Assembly: GCA_963848135.1 (NCBI GenBank)
Contig: CAWKCK010000003.1
Coordinates: forward strand, 186,001 to 250,000
DNA length: 64,000 bases
Origin: an uncultured delta proteobacterium
GTDB taxonomy: Bacteria; Desulfobacterota; Desulfobacteria; Desulfobacterales; SG8-13
Direction of reading: 5' to 3'
Under the pieces are notes generated by a model, which was not told the DNA's origin, did not search any database, and saw nothing but the letters and a program-made list of their open reading frames with translations. This document shows positions 29,417-38,559 of this stretch, in pieces. The position numbers were made by a program, and so were the translations under genes. Each line of letters opens with the position of its first letter. Within the stretch, counting starts at the first letter, position 1.

Positions 29417-30556
29417 TTACTTCTTATAGTAACCGGTTTCAGGGTTCCAGTACAGTTGGTAATCCCCGTTTTCGATTTTATAAGCGATGTAAGAGGAACC
29501 GGAATCACCTTTTTCGTTGAACTTGACGCGTTTGGAAGCCCCCTGAAAATCCATCTTCAAGATCTCCGCCTTGATTTTGGCCGGGTCGGTGGATTTGGCG
29601 GCTTTAATGGCTCTCAACAATACGATGGCGGCATCATAAGCATAGGTCCCATAGGCGCCGACTTGACCGTATTTGGCGGTAAATTTCTTCTCATAGTTCT
29701 TGTAAGCCGCTGTTGACTTGTCGGTATAACCATAGGTGACATACACCCCTTCAGCTGCATCCTTGGCCACGTTGATGAAATTGGGGTGATACATGGCATC
29801 CTGGGATACAATGATACTCTTGAGCCCCAGGCGTTTGGCCTGGATTGCCATCAAACTTCCGGTGGCATGGTTCTGTAAGCTCATGTAGAGCACATCGGCG
29901 TTGGCGCTTTTGGCATTGGTCAACAGGGCCGAAAAATCTTTGTCTCCCTGGTTGACGTGGTCGTGGGCCAGAACCTTGATACCGCTCTTTTGGGCGGCGG
30001 CATTGACCCCTTCGGCCAACCCCTGGGAATAGGTGGTTTTATCGTCGACGATAAAGATCGTCTTGGCCTTCAGCGCTTCTTGCATGAATTTAACCGCTGC
30101 GGGCGCTTGATCGTCGTCACGGCCGCAGACGCGGAACATGTACGGCAGACCGCGGTCGGTGACTTTTTCATTGGTGGAGGCCGGTGTGAGCATGGGGATA
30201 TTTTCTTCAGCCAATGTCTCGGACGCCGGAATTGTCGAAGAAGAGCAGTAGGCCCCGACGACCCCCACGACCTCCAGGTTGATCAGCTTGTTGGCAGCGG
30301 CAACAGCCTGTTTGGGGTCACAAGCGGTATCCTGCGGAAACAGCTCGATTTTATCGAATCCCGGAATACCGCCTTCTTCCTCAATGACTTCGATAGCGGT
30401 AAGAACACCGTTTTTAATGTCGTTTCCATCTGCCGCATACGGTCCGGTCAGAGGACCCATCATACCAAGTTTCAGGGTCTCGGCGGATGCAGTCGACATT
30501 ACAAACGGGACCAGTAGCAGTCCGATAATTGCCATCATCACAAATCTTTTTTTCAT
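29417..30556 (-). CDS. livK: LIV-type ABC substrate-binding protein (second system; possibly proline)
   Basis: Signal peptide, GPLTG, DTACDPKQA, GAYCSS, FRVCGRDD; RBS AAGGAGG; co-oriented with putA. Confidence 0.9.
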   Translation of the reverse strand: MKKRFVMMAIIGLLLVPFVMSTASAETLKLGMMGPLTGPYAADGNDIKNGVLTAIEVIEEEGGIPGFDKIELFPQDTACDPKQAVAAANKLINLEVVGVVGAYCSSSTIPASETLAEENIPMLTPASTNEKVTDRGLPYMFRVCGRDDDQAPAAVKFMQEALKAKTIFIVDDKTTYSQGLAEGVNAAAQKSGIKVLAHDHVNQGDKDFSALLTNAKSANADVLYMSLQNHATGSLMAIQAKRLGLKSIIVSQDAMYHPNFINVAKDAAEGVYVTYGYTDKSTAAYKNYEKKFTAKYGQVGAYGTYAYDAAIVLLRAIKAAKSTDPAKIKAEILKMDFQGASKRVKFNEKGDSGSSYIAYKIENGDYQLYWNPETGYYKK

Positions 30557-30578
30557 GGTTTACCTCCTTGGTTGTAAG

Positions 30579-31346
30579 TTACTTTTTTGCTGGTTGTCCT
30601 AAATAGGCTTCGATCACTTTGGGATCGCTCTGAATTTCGGTTGGCGTTCCTTCAGCGATTTTTACCCCGTGATCCACACAGACAATGCGCTGGCAGACGC
30701 CCATGACCACCTTCATGTCGTGTTCCACCAACAGCACATCGATTCCGAGTTCGGAAATTCTTCCAATGTCTTGCATGAGTTCTGCGGTTTCGGCTGGGTT
30801 CATGCCAGCCGCCGGTTCGTCCAGGAGCAACAGTTTGGGCTGAGACGCCAGGGCACGGGCAATTTCCAGTCGGCGCTGCAGACCATATGGGAGATTCTGG
30901 GCAACGGTATCCGCAAACTGGCCGACACCCATAAATTCCAATGCCTCAAAAGCTTTGTCACGGATCGTTTGCTCTTCGTTTTTTTGCGAATGGCTGCGCA
31001 GCACCGCCCCGACGACCCCAATTTTGGAACGACAGTGCCGCGCCACCATGGCGTTTTCAACGGCCGTCATGTTAGAAAACAGGCGAATATTTTGAAAAGT
31101 TCGGGCGATGCCCAGATCAAAAATCTGGTGGGGCGGTTTGCCGATGATGTTTTGGTCCCTGAATTGCACCCCGCCTTCGGTTGTTTTATACACTCCGGTC
31201 AAAACGTTGAAAACCGTCGTTTTACCGGCGCCATTGGGGCCGATCAAACCGACAATCTCGCCGGATTCAACTGTAAAACTTAATTCTGACAGCGCCACCA
31301 ATCCGCCGAATTTGACTGTGATTTTCTGAATGTCTAAATGAACCAT
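30579..31346 (-). CDS. livG: LIV-type ABC ATP-binding protein (second system)
   Basis: GPNGAGKTT, ARTFQNIRLF, LPYGLQRRLEIARA. Confidence 0.93.
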   Translation of the reverse strand: MVHLDIQKITVKFGGLVALSELSFTVESGEIVGLIGPNGAGKTTVFNVLTGVYKTTEGGVQFRDQNIIGKPPHQIFDLGIARTFQNIRLFSNMTAVENAMVARHCRSKIGVVGAVLRSHSQKNEEQTIRDKAFEALEFMGVGQFADTVAQNLPYGLQRRLEIARALASQPKLLLLDEPAAGMNPAETAELMQDIGRISELGIDVLLVEHDMKVVMGVCQRIVCVDHGVKIAEGTPTEIQSDPKVIEAYLGQPAKK

Positions 31347-31417
31347 CGATAGCACTTACCAAATGGGCATATTCTAAGTCGTTGATATTATCTGCATCGT
31401 TTAGCTTTACGACATTT

Positions 31418-32146
31418 TTACTGAACTACCTGATGCTGATGCATGTATTCATAAAAACGACGTACGTGCTGTTGGGCCAGTTTTCGGGCAGTTTCGGGCC
31501 GGCGGTGTTTGACCGCATCGACAATCGCTTTAAGATCCTGGTAGTTTTCTTTTATTTCACGGTCCTTCATACTCAAATAGCGATCGTAATATCGGTAAAT
31601 GTTGTTGTGGATGGTTTGAAGCACCGATATATAAACCAAATTACCGGTAATGGATGCAAATGCCAGGTGCAGATCCTTGTCTGCTTTTAAAAAATCCTCC
31701 AGCTTCAACGGGCCCTGTTCTGCAGAGGTTCTGGCTTTATTGAGCAACCGCTCCAGATTTCGGAGATTCTGACCGCTGGCCGTCCGGGCGGCTATTGCCA
31801 CGACTTCACCTTCTACACCTTCCCGGAAATCGGCCAGGTGGGTCAGGGATATTTTCTGCGATCGAATCAGCAGATCCAAGCTTTCCGTGACTTGATCAGT
31901 AGAGACAGACCTGACCACCGAACCGCCGCCCACCCCGAGTTTGATTTCGATAAGACCTTTCTGCTCCAGAACCCGCAGGGCCTCGCGAAGAGTGCTTCGA
32001 CTTGTTTGCAGGAGGTCCTTGAGTTCGCGTTCCGCGGGTAGCTTGTCGCCAGTCTTCAGTCGTCCGTCGATGATGGCTTCCTGTATCTGGTCGACAACAT
32101 CACGAAAGATCCGGTTTTGTCTGGTAGCTCGAAACAACGGTTCCAT
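31418..32146 (-). CDS. GntR/FadR-family transcriptional regulator
   Basis: GDKLPAEREL...SRSTLREALRVLEQKGLI HTH plus FCD domain (DKDLH...GN). Confidence 0.93.
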   Translation of the reverse strand: MEPLFRATRQNRIFRDVVDQIQEAIIDGRLKTGDKLPAERELKDLLQTSRSTLREALRVLEQKGLIEIKLGVGGGSVVRSVSTDQVTESLDLLIRSQKISLTHLADFREGVEGEVVAIAARTASGQNLRNLERLLNKARTSAEQGPLKLEDFLKADKDLHLAFASITGNLVYISVLQTIHNNIYRYYDRYLSMKDREIKENYQDLKAIVDAVKHRRPETARKLAQQHVRRFYEYMHQHQVVQ

Positions 32147-32275
32147 TTAAGGCTTGAGGTTCGTAAAAACGCTCATTCAAACGTCTTCAGATTGAGGGGC
32201 TGCCTGTTCTTGAAGCAGCAGAGAAGGCTGCCGCACATCTATAACAAACAGAGCAGCTATAAAGTAGCTGACAAA

Positions 32276-32312
32276 TGGTCCGACCAATACCAACCGATTG
32301 CAGAGCTGTCAA
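32276..32312 (-). promoter_or_regulatory. FadR-type operator next to the putative promoter of the gntR-liv-putA unit
   Basis: Palindrome TGGTC-C-GACCA at 32276-32286; minus-strand TTGACA at 32307-32312; the -10 is weak. Confidence 0.7.
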
Positions 32313-32327
32313 GTAAAATGCGGACGA

Positions 32328-33356
32328 TCAACCGGTTGACTGTCTATGGCGACTCTTTTTGGTTTCTTTCACCGTAGAGCCTAAATATATGGCTGTCAGC
32401 GCAATAAAGGCACCGATAACTCCGTAAAAATCTGTCTGACGGTTAAAAAATAAGATGTCCCAGGTGAATGAGAGCGAGGGCTGCAGCAGGATCAGCAAAC
32501 CGGCGAGGGAAGATCGGATACGCGGCAGGCCGGTGGTGATAAGAAGCCAACCGCAAACCTGGCACAACAAACCGTATGCACCAAGGCTGAGAAGACTCTG
32601 TAAGTCAGGGATCATGAACGATTCGTTTCTTTGCCAAGCCACAAGTCCAAGCAGGAAACCGCTGACCAGAGAGATGACGGCCAGATTTACCATCGGCGAC
32701 GGGGATTCTGGCATTGACTGTAGCTTACGCAATACGAGAAGATAAGCTGCATAGCACACGGCGGCGGCCAGCCCCATAAATACACCCCATCGGTATACCT
32801 TTCCGAGCTGTTGCCAATGAATTCCGGCCAACAGGAATAAACCTAAAAAAGCCAACGGGATAGCCATCATCGTTCGGGCGCTCATCCTTTCACCCAGCAC
32901 CACAACACCGAAAAACGCGAGCAGGAAAACCTGAAAATTCGCCAAAATCGTTGCCAGTCCCGGTCCGATATAGTGAATGCTTTTGTGCCAAAAAAATAGG
33001 TCGAGGGCAAAAATTAGACCTGAGACAACGGCCACCAAGAAAGCGAATCCACCTTTCCAGAGGGACTCCCCGCGAATTATCAGAATGATGAACAGTACCG
33101 CTCCACCAATCAATGTTCGATATACCCCGGATATTGTGGGACTCACATGCGCCAGTTTAACAAAAACCGCCGAAAAGCTGATCAGAACAGCACCAGCGGT
33201 AACCATAAGGGCGCCGGACGTCGCGGGGCTTTTCAAGAACCATGCATTTTTAAAAATGGAATGAATTTTGACTAGATTGGCCAAATTGTTATTTCCAAAA
33301 CCTGTCGGTTTAAGTTTCTCAATCGGATCGACATGGAATGAAAAATATAGAAGCAA
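32328..33356 (-). CDS. EamA/DMT-family transporter (true start probably near 33236)
   Basis: About 10 TM helices, ISFSAVFVKLA, FWHKSIHYIGPGLATILANFQ, LLLQP. Confidence 0.9.
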   Translation of the reverse strand: MLLYFSFHVDPIEKLKPTGFGNNNLANLVKIHSIFKNAWFLKSPATSGALMVTAGAVLISFSAVFVKLAHVSPTISGVYRTLIGGAVLFIILIIRGESLWKGGFAFLVAVVSGLIFALDLFFWHKSIHYIGPGLATILANFQVFLLAFFGVVVLGERMSARTMMAIPLAFLGLFLLAGIHWQQLGKVYRWGVFMGLAAAVCYAAYLLVLRKLQSMPESPSPMVNLAVISLVSGFLLGLVAWQRNESFMIPDLQSLLSLGAYGLLCQVCGWLLITTGLPRIRSSLAGLLILLQPSLSFTWDILFFNRQTDFYGVIGAFIALTAIYLGSTVKETKKSRHRQSTG

Positions 33357-33444
33357 GATAAATCTTTAGCGGAAGACAATATCCGGATCGTCGCTTCTGT
33401 CCCTGCAGTGGTTTATGACCATGCGGGTTTCATCGTCTCTTGAC

Positions 33445-34617
33445 CTACACCAAGCCTGTTTCGCTCAAGGGCTTTCGCTCCAATATCCGTTCCGGTCCAA
33501 ACCTGGACAGATTTAGTGTTACCTCTTTGCTCAGGATTAACTCGGCAATGTACCGGCCGACAGCCGGCCCCTGTTGCAGTCCGTGTCCCGAGAACCCGTT
33601 AGCAAGATAGAGTCCTTTCAACTCGGGCCACTCACCGAGGATCGCATTGCCGTCAAGGGTGTTGACCGCGTATAAACCGGCCCAACCCCGCACAAGCTTG
33701 AGGGTCTCGAAGGTCGGTACGAATGCGGCCAGTTCCGGCCAGAGACATTCCAGAAAACGTTTGTCATCCCAGGTAAAGTCAAATCCGGCCGGATCCTCAT
33801 CCATGGATTTTCCCAGCAAGATCATCCCCCCGGTTTCTGATCGAAAATAGAGACCCGTCGGCAGTACCGTCAGCGGTAGCGGGTGAGCGGGTTTGAATTT
33901 CGTATCCAGTACAAACACCTGGCGTTTCACCGGCTGCACAGGCAGATCGATTCCGGCGCTGCGCGCAATATCGGCCGCCCAGGCTCCGGCGCTATTGACC
34001 ACATAGCGTGCACTCAAGCAGGTGCCTGATTTCAACCGGACGCCAGCAACCTGACCCCGAATCGTTTTAATGGCCACCACTTCGTCGTGCAAGTAGAGCG
34101 CGCCCAGGTCACGCGATTTGGATTTGTATCCCATGAGCACGGCGTGGGCATCGAAATGGCCGTCTTCCGGTCCGAAGGTCCCGCCGGCAAAACCATCGAC
34201 CACGTACAAGGGGTAGCGGTCCTTGATGTTCGCCGGTGACAACCGCTCCACCGTGCCTCCCAGCGCGCGTTGTAGCCCAAGGGATGCGTCGACGGCAGTC
34301 TCTTCCTCTGAAGAGAATAGAAAGAGGTTGCCTTCCCTTCGAAAAGACACACTCGGGGAGTTGTCGCCAATCGCCATTTCTTCTGAAAAACCTTCCAACA
34401 CCTCGAAGGCATATTGGGAAATTTCGATATTCTCCCTGAGGCTGAACTGGATTCGGATATTGCTCAACGACAGAGTGGTGGACGCCCGGGTATAGGCCGG
34501 GTCCATTTCGACCACCGCAACTTTCAAGCGGTTGTCGTATTTCATCAAATTATAGGCAGTGGTGCTTCCCATGATACCGCCACCGATAATTATCACATCA
34601 TAAATATTTGGCTGCAT
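33445..34617 (-). CDS. FAD-dependent oxidoreductase (DAO / sarcosine-oxidase-beta / FOXRED1-like)
   Basis: IIGGGIMG, ASTTLS..IRIQFS, VNSAGAWA, WAGLY, NGFSGHGLQQGPAVG. Confidence 0.88.
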   Translation of the reverse strand: MQPNIYDVIIIGGGIMGSTTAYNLMKYDNRLKVAVVEMDPAYTRASTTLSLSNIRIQFSLRENIEISQYAFEVLEGFSEEMAIGDNSPSVSFRREGNLFLFSSEEETAVDASLGLQRALGGTVERLSPANIKDRYPLYVVDGFAGGTFGPEDGHFDAHAVLMGYKSKSRDLGALYLHDEVVAIKTIRGQVAGVRLKSGTCLSARYVVNSAGAWAADIARSAGIDLPVQPVKRQVFVLDTKFKPAHPLPLTVLPTGLYFRSETGGMILLGKSMDEDPAGFDFTWDDKRFLECLWPELAAFVPTFETLKLVRGWAGLYAVNTLDGNAILGEWPELKGLYLANGFSGHGLQQGPAVGRYIAELILSKEVTLNLSRFGPERILERKPLSETGLV

Positions 34618-34890
34618 AGGAATCCGATCCTATTCACTAAGGTGTACGCCTTGCAAATGAACGAATGCGGCCCGTGAAAAATACAGGCTAACCCGAACAT
34701 TTCAAAATGAGTCAATTCATCCCTGCAAGAAGCTGCCAAACCGCCGACCTGCCCCGCGTTGACATTGGCGACATAATCCCATAAATAATGCACATGACTC
34801 ACCAAAGCCCTTCTGGCAACCGTTAGCCATCGAAACCGATATCGACCCCTGCGGGGGCAGTGCTTTACACCTCAAGGACAACCCTATCCA

Positions 34891-35382
34891 ATGAAAGATA
34901 TACTTAAGTTCTTGTCTGAAAACAGTATCGACTACAAACGTTTCGACCATCCACCGGTCTATACCGTGGCCGATGTCCATCGCCTGACACCTGATCTGCC
35001 GGGTGCCAAAACAAAAAATCTCTTTTTTCGCGACAGTAAAAGCGACCGTCACTTCCTCGTGGTGGTGCCGGGTGACGGTCGCATAGATATGAAGGCCTTG
35101 CCCGCCGTGCTTGAAAGCGGGCGCGTCCGGTTCGGATCCCCCGAACACCTGAAAAATTATTTGGGCATCGAGCCGGGATCGGTGTCGCTGCTGGCGATTG
35201 TCAATGATCCCCAGCATGCCGTCGAGGTCGTTATCGATGAAATCCTTTGGGAATCGAAAGCCTTTCAATTCCACCCATTGATCAACACCAGCACCCTGGT
35301 TGTTTCAAAAAATGGTATCCAGCGTTTTTTGTCGGCAACCGGTCATGAACCACGGATCGCATCAGTGCCCATTCAGTGTTGA
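34891..35382 (+). CDS. YbaK/ProXp-family free-standing prolyl-tRNA editing protein (PrdX/YeaK-like)
   Basis: HPPVYTV, KTKNLFFRD, LGIEPGSVS, FHPLINTST. Confidence 0.88.
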   Translation: MKDILKFLSENSIDYKRFDHPPVYTVADVHRLTPDLPGAKTKNLFFRDSKSDRHFLVVVPGDGRIDMKALPAVLESGRVRFGSPEHLKNYLGIEPGSVSLLAIVNDPQHAVEVVIDEILWESKAFQFHPLINTSTLVVSKNGIQRFLSATGHEPRIASVPIQC

Positions 35383-35506
35383 CGATTCCTGGATGCCCCA
35401 TTAAAAGAGGGCCCGGAATCTACTCGGTGCCCAGCGGAGGATAGGAAAGACACTTTGTCTTGTGATCAATTCAAAAAGCGAAAAAAGGCCCCCTTAGGGT
35501 TGGTCT

Positions 35507-35893
35507 CTATTGACCGGCAAAGGCCACACACTTTATCTCCACAACGGCCCCTTTGGGTAAGGCACTGACTTCCACCACGGCCCGGGCGGGGCGGTGATCG
35601 ACGAAAACATCCTCGTATATCTGATTGAACTCGGCAAACTTGCTCATATCGGTGAGGTAGACGTCGACGGCGGCGATCTGCTCGAGGGTGCAGCCGCCGG
35701 CCACTACAATTTGTATGAGATTCTCAAGGGCCTGACGGGCCTGGGCGGACAGATCTTCCGCTACCAATTCACCGGTTTGTGGATTCATACCGAGTTGACC
35801 GCTGACAAACCGCCAGGGGCCTGCAGCAATGGCTTGGGAGTAAGGCCCGATCGCCGCCGGCGCTGTATCGGTTTTAATTGATTTCAATGTCAT
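35507..35893 (-). CDS. ridA: RidA-family enamine/imine deaminase
   Basis: APAAIGPYSQA, VSGQL, FAEFNQIY, PARAVVEVSALPKG..VEI; RBS AAGGAGGAG. Confidence 0.9.
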   Translation of the reverse strand: MTLKSIKTDTAPAAIGPYSQAIAAGPWRFVSGQLGMNPQTGELVAEDLSAQARQALENLIQIVVAGGCTLEQIAAVDVYLTDMSKFAEFNQIYEDVFVDHRPARAVVEVSALPKGAVVEIKCVAFAGQ

Positions 35894-36148
35894 AGACTCC
35901 TCCTTTCGAGAGCTCACCAACCATTTCATGGCAACAAAGGGCCGACACCGGAACTGGTCAATGCATTTGGCGGCGCAGGATGTTTACAATAAATGGAACA
36001 GCGAAGCCTGTCGGCCAGGACCCGTCACTGACCTGCGCGACGTTAATTTTCCGGAGCTTACGTATTTTTTTGGTGTTGAACAAGAAAAAACGTTCTTGAC
36101 TCCGTTTAGTGCATTTCTTAGTTTTAATATACTTTTCAGGAGACCAAT

Positions 36149-36757
36149 ATGAAACGCCGATATATCGTCGGAATTTGCGGCGCATCGGGTGTTATTTACG
36201 GGGTGACATTGGTAAACCAGCTTTTGCGCTTGCCGGTAGATCTCCACGTCATCCTTTCCGCTGACGGCAAAAAAGTGATGGGACACGAACTGAACTTTGC
36301 AGGCAACCTGTCCGAATGCCTCAAGGAAACCAGCGGCCATGCGCCGCATCCCGATGCCTGCCTTCACGAACACGATGTGGCAGATTTTTTTGCTGCCCCA
36401 GCCAGCGGCTCCTTCAGACACAATGGTATGATCGTGGCGCCATGCACCGTTAAGACCCTGGCCGCCGTGGCTGCCGGTATCGCCGACAACCTGCTCACGC
36501 GCGCAGCCGACATCTGCTTAAAGGAGAGACGGCCATTGATTCTCGCACCGCGGGAAACACCCTTTAGTGCCATCCACCTCGAGAATATGCTGAAATTGAC
36601 CCGGGCGGGCGCAACAATTCTGCCGGCGGCACCGGCATTCTATTCTGGTCCCCGAACCATCCAGGATCTGGTTGACTTCATCGTTGCCAGGCTTCTGGAT
36701 CAATTGGGCATCGAGCACCGCTTGACCACGGAATGGGGACATGAAACGCTGGTATAA
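36149..36757 (+). CDS. ubiX: Flavin prenyltransferase
   Basis: GICGASG, ASGS, APCT, NLLTRAADICLKERR, RETP, PAFY. Confidence 0.95.
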   Translation: MKRRYIVGICGASGVIYGVTLVNQLLRLPVDLHVILSADGKKVMGHELNFAGNLSECLKETSGHAPHPDACLHEHDVADFFAAPASGSFRHNGMIVAPCTVKTLAAVAAGIADNLLTRAADICLKERRPLILAPRETPFSAIHLENMLKLTRAGATILPAAPAFYSGPRTIQDLVDFIVARLLDQLGIEHRLTTEWGHETLV

Positions 36758-38534
36758 AAATCTGTCCGAATTTATCCAGGCTCTCGACAGCGCCGGTGAG
36801 TTGAAAACCGTAAACGCGCCCGTTTCCTGGCATCTGGAAATCAGCAAATACACCGATACAGAATCCAAGAGCGCGCGCGGCGGCAAGGCCCTCTTGTTCA
36901 AAAATGTAGAGGGCTCGCCATTTCCGGCAACCACCAATCTTTTCGGAAGCCCACGGAGAATTTGCATGGCGCTCGGTGTCGATAACCTCGACAGCCTGGG
37001 AGACCGCATCCGCCAGTTGATTGAAATGTCTCCCCCTGAAAGCATCAGGGATGTGTTGGGTCTGTTGCCTACGGCCTTTTCGGTGACGCGCTTTTTTCCG
37101 CGCCGCACACGCACCAAACGCGCACCTTGTCAAGAAGTCGTCCACACGGGCGATTCCGTCGACCTGACCCGCCTTCCGGTTCTTCACTGCTGGCCGCAGG
37201 ACGCCGGTCGATTCATCACTCTGCCACTGGTTATTACCCGCAGCTTGCAGAGCGGCCGTCGTAACGTGGGCATGTACCGACTGCAAGTGTACGATAGAAA
37301 CACGACCGGCATGCACTGGCACATCCACAAGGATGGGTCCCATTTCTACAACGAATACTGCCGCGCCGGACGGCGGATGCCGGTATCGGTGGCCATCGGC
37401 GCCGATCCGGCGACAATCTATGCCGCCACGGCACCACTGCCGCGCAATGTGGACGAAATGATTCTGGCCGGTTTCATCCGTAAGCAACCAGTGGCCATGA
37501 CCCGCTGCGTGACCAATGATCTGGAGGTTCCTGCCGAGGCCGAGTTCGTACTCGAAGGATACGTCGAGCCGGGTGAGTTGCGCCGGGAGGGACCATTCGG
37601 AGATCACACCGGCTATTACTCCCTGGCCGACGACTACCCGGTTTTTCACGTTACGGCCATGACCCACCGCCGCGCGCCGATATATTGCGCAACGCTGGTC
37701 GGACGTCCGCCCATGGAGGACTGCTATCTGGCCAAAGCCACCGAACGCATGTTTCTGCCGCTCCTCCAGGCCGCGTTCCCGGAAATTATCGACTACTGGC
37801 TCCCGTGGGAAGGCGTATTTCACAACATCGTCGTCGTTTCGATCGACAAGGAATTTGCCGGCCATGCCCATAAGGTCATGCATGGTCTCTGGGGACAGGG
37901 CCAGATGAGTTTCTGCAAGGCCATTCTGATTGTCGACCGGGATATCGATCTGAAGAATCCCCAAGCCATCATGCGGCGGCTGTTGGACAATTTCGACGGC
38001 TCTACGGACATCACGCTTACCCGAGGAGTTCTGGATGTGCTCGACCATTCATCCGCTACGCCAAATTTCGGCAGCAAGATCGGAATCGATCTCACCGCGC
38101 GATTTCCCGGAGAGCCACCGCGCCGACCCTCAGCCGGCCCTCACCGGAATGGCCGGCTTAAAGACCAATTGAATCTGGGTAAAATTCAGGATCATGTCAG
38201 CGGCATCAAACAGGTTCGGACCGTTTCGGACCAGAGCAGCCAACGCAATGGGATCATCTGTCTCAATATGGAACGGGACACAACGACGAAGGGTACCGAC
38301 CTGATCGAAATCCTGTTCAGCATTCCGGACTTGTTGCCGTTCAGTATGATCGTCCTCTATGACACCGAAGTCGATCTTTCGGATAACTCGCTATTGTTGT
38401 GGAAGATATTCAACAATGTTGATCCAGGACGTGATCTTCATATTCGAGAACAGGGACTGGTCATTGATGCACGCAAAAAAGGTCCCAAAGACGGCCACGA
38501 ACGGGAATGGCCGGACGAATTGACTTTCGACTAA
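36741..38534 (+). CDS. ubiD: UbiD-family decarboxylase (menaquinone futalosine pathway, MqnL-like)
   Basis: NVGMYRLQ, MHWHIHKDG, EGPFGDHTGYYS, GRPPMED, WGQGQMSF; paired with ubiX. Confidence 0.9.
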   Translation: MKRWYKNLSEFIQALDSAGELKTVNAPVSWHLEISKYTDTESKSARGGKALLFKNVEGSPFPATTNLFGSPRRICMALGVDNLDSLGDRIRQLIEMSPPESIRDVLGLLPTAFSVTRFFPRRTRTKRAPCQEVVHTGDSVDLTRLPVLHCWPQDAGRFITLPLVITRSLQSGRRNVGMYRLQVYDRNTTGMHWHIHKDGSHFYNEYCRAGRRMPVSVAIGADPATIYAATAPLPRNVDEMILAGFIRKQPVAMTRCVTNDLEVPAEAEFVLEGYVEPGELRREGPFGDHTGYYSLADDYPVFHVTAMTHRRAPIYCATLVGRPPMEDCYLAKATERMFLPLLQAAFPEIIDYWLPWEGVFHNIVVVSIDKEFAGHAHKVMHGLWGQGQMSFCKAILIVDRDIDLKNPQAIMRRLLDNFDGSTDITLTRGVLDVLDHSSATPNFGSKIGIDLTARFPGEPPRRPSAGPHRNGRLKDQLNLGKIQDHVSGIKQVRTVSDQSSQRNGIICLNMERDTTTKGTDLIEILFSIPDLLPFSMIVLYDTEVDLSDNSLLLWKIFNNVDPGRDLHIREQGLVIDARKKGPKDGHEREWPDELTFD

Positions 38535-38559
38535 CTTATAAAAGAACAAAGGAGAGTAT

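Noticed and set aside
36678..38048. 456-aa antisense ORF
   Set aside because: It is a shadow of ubiD on the opposite strand with no recognisable motifs. The same applies to the other long antisense ORFs over metK, ahcY, ribD and glyA.
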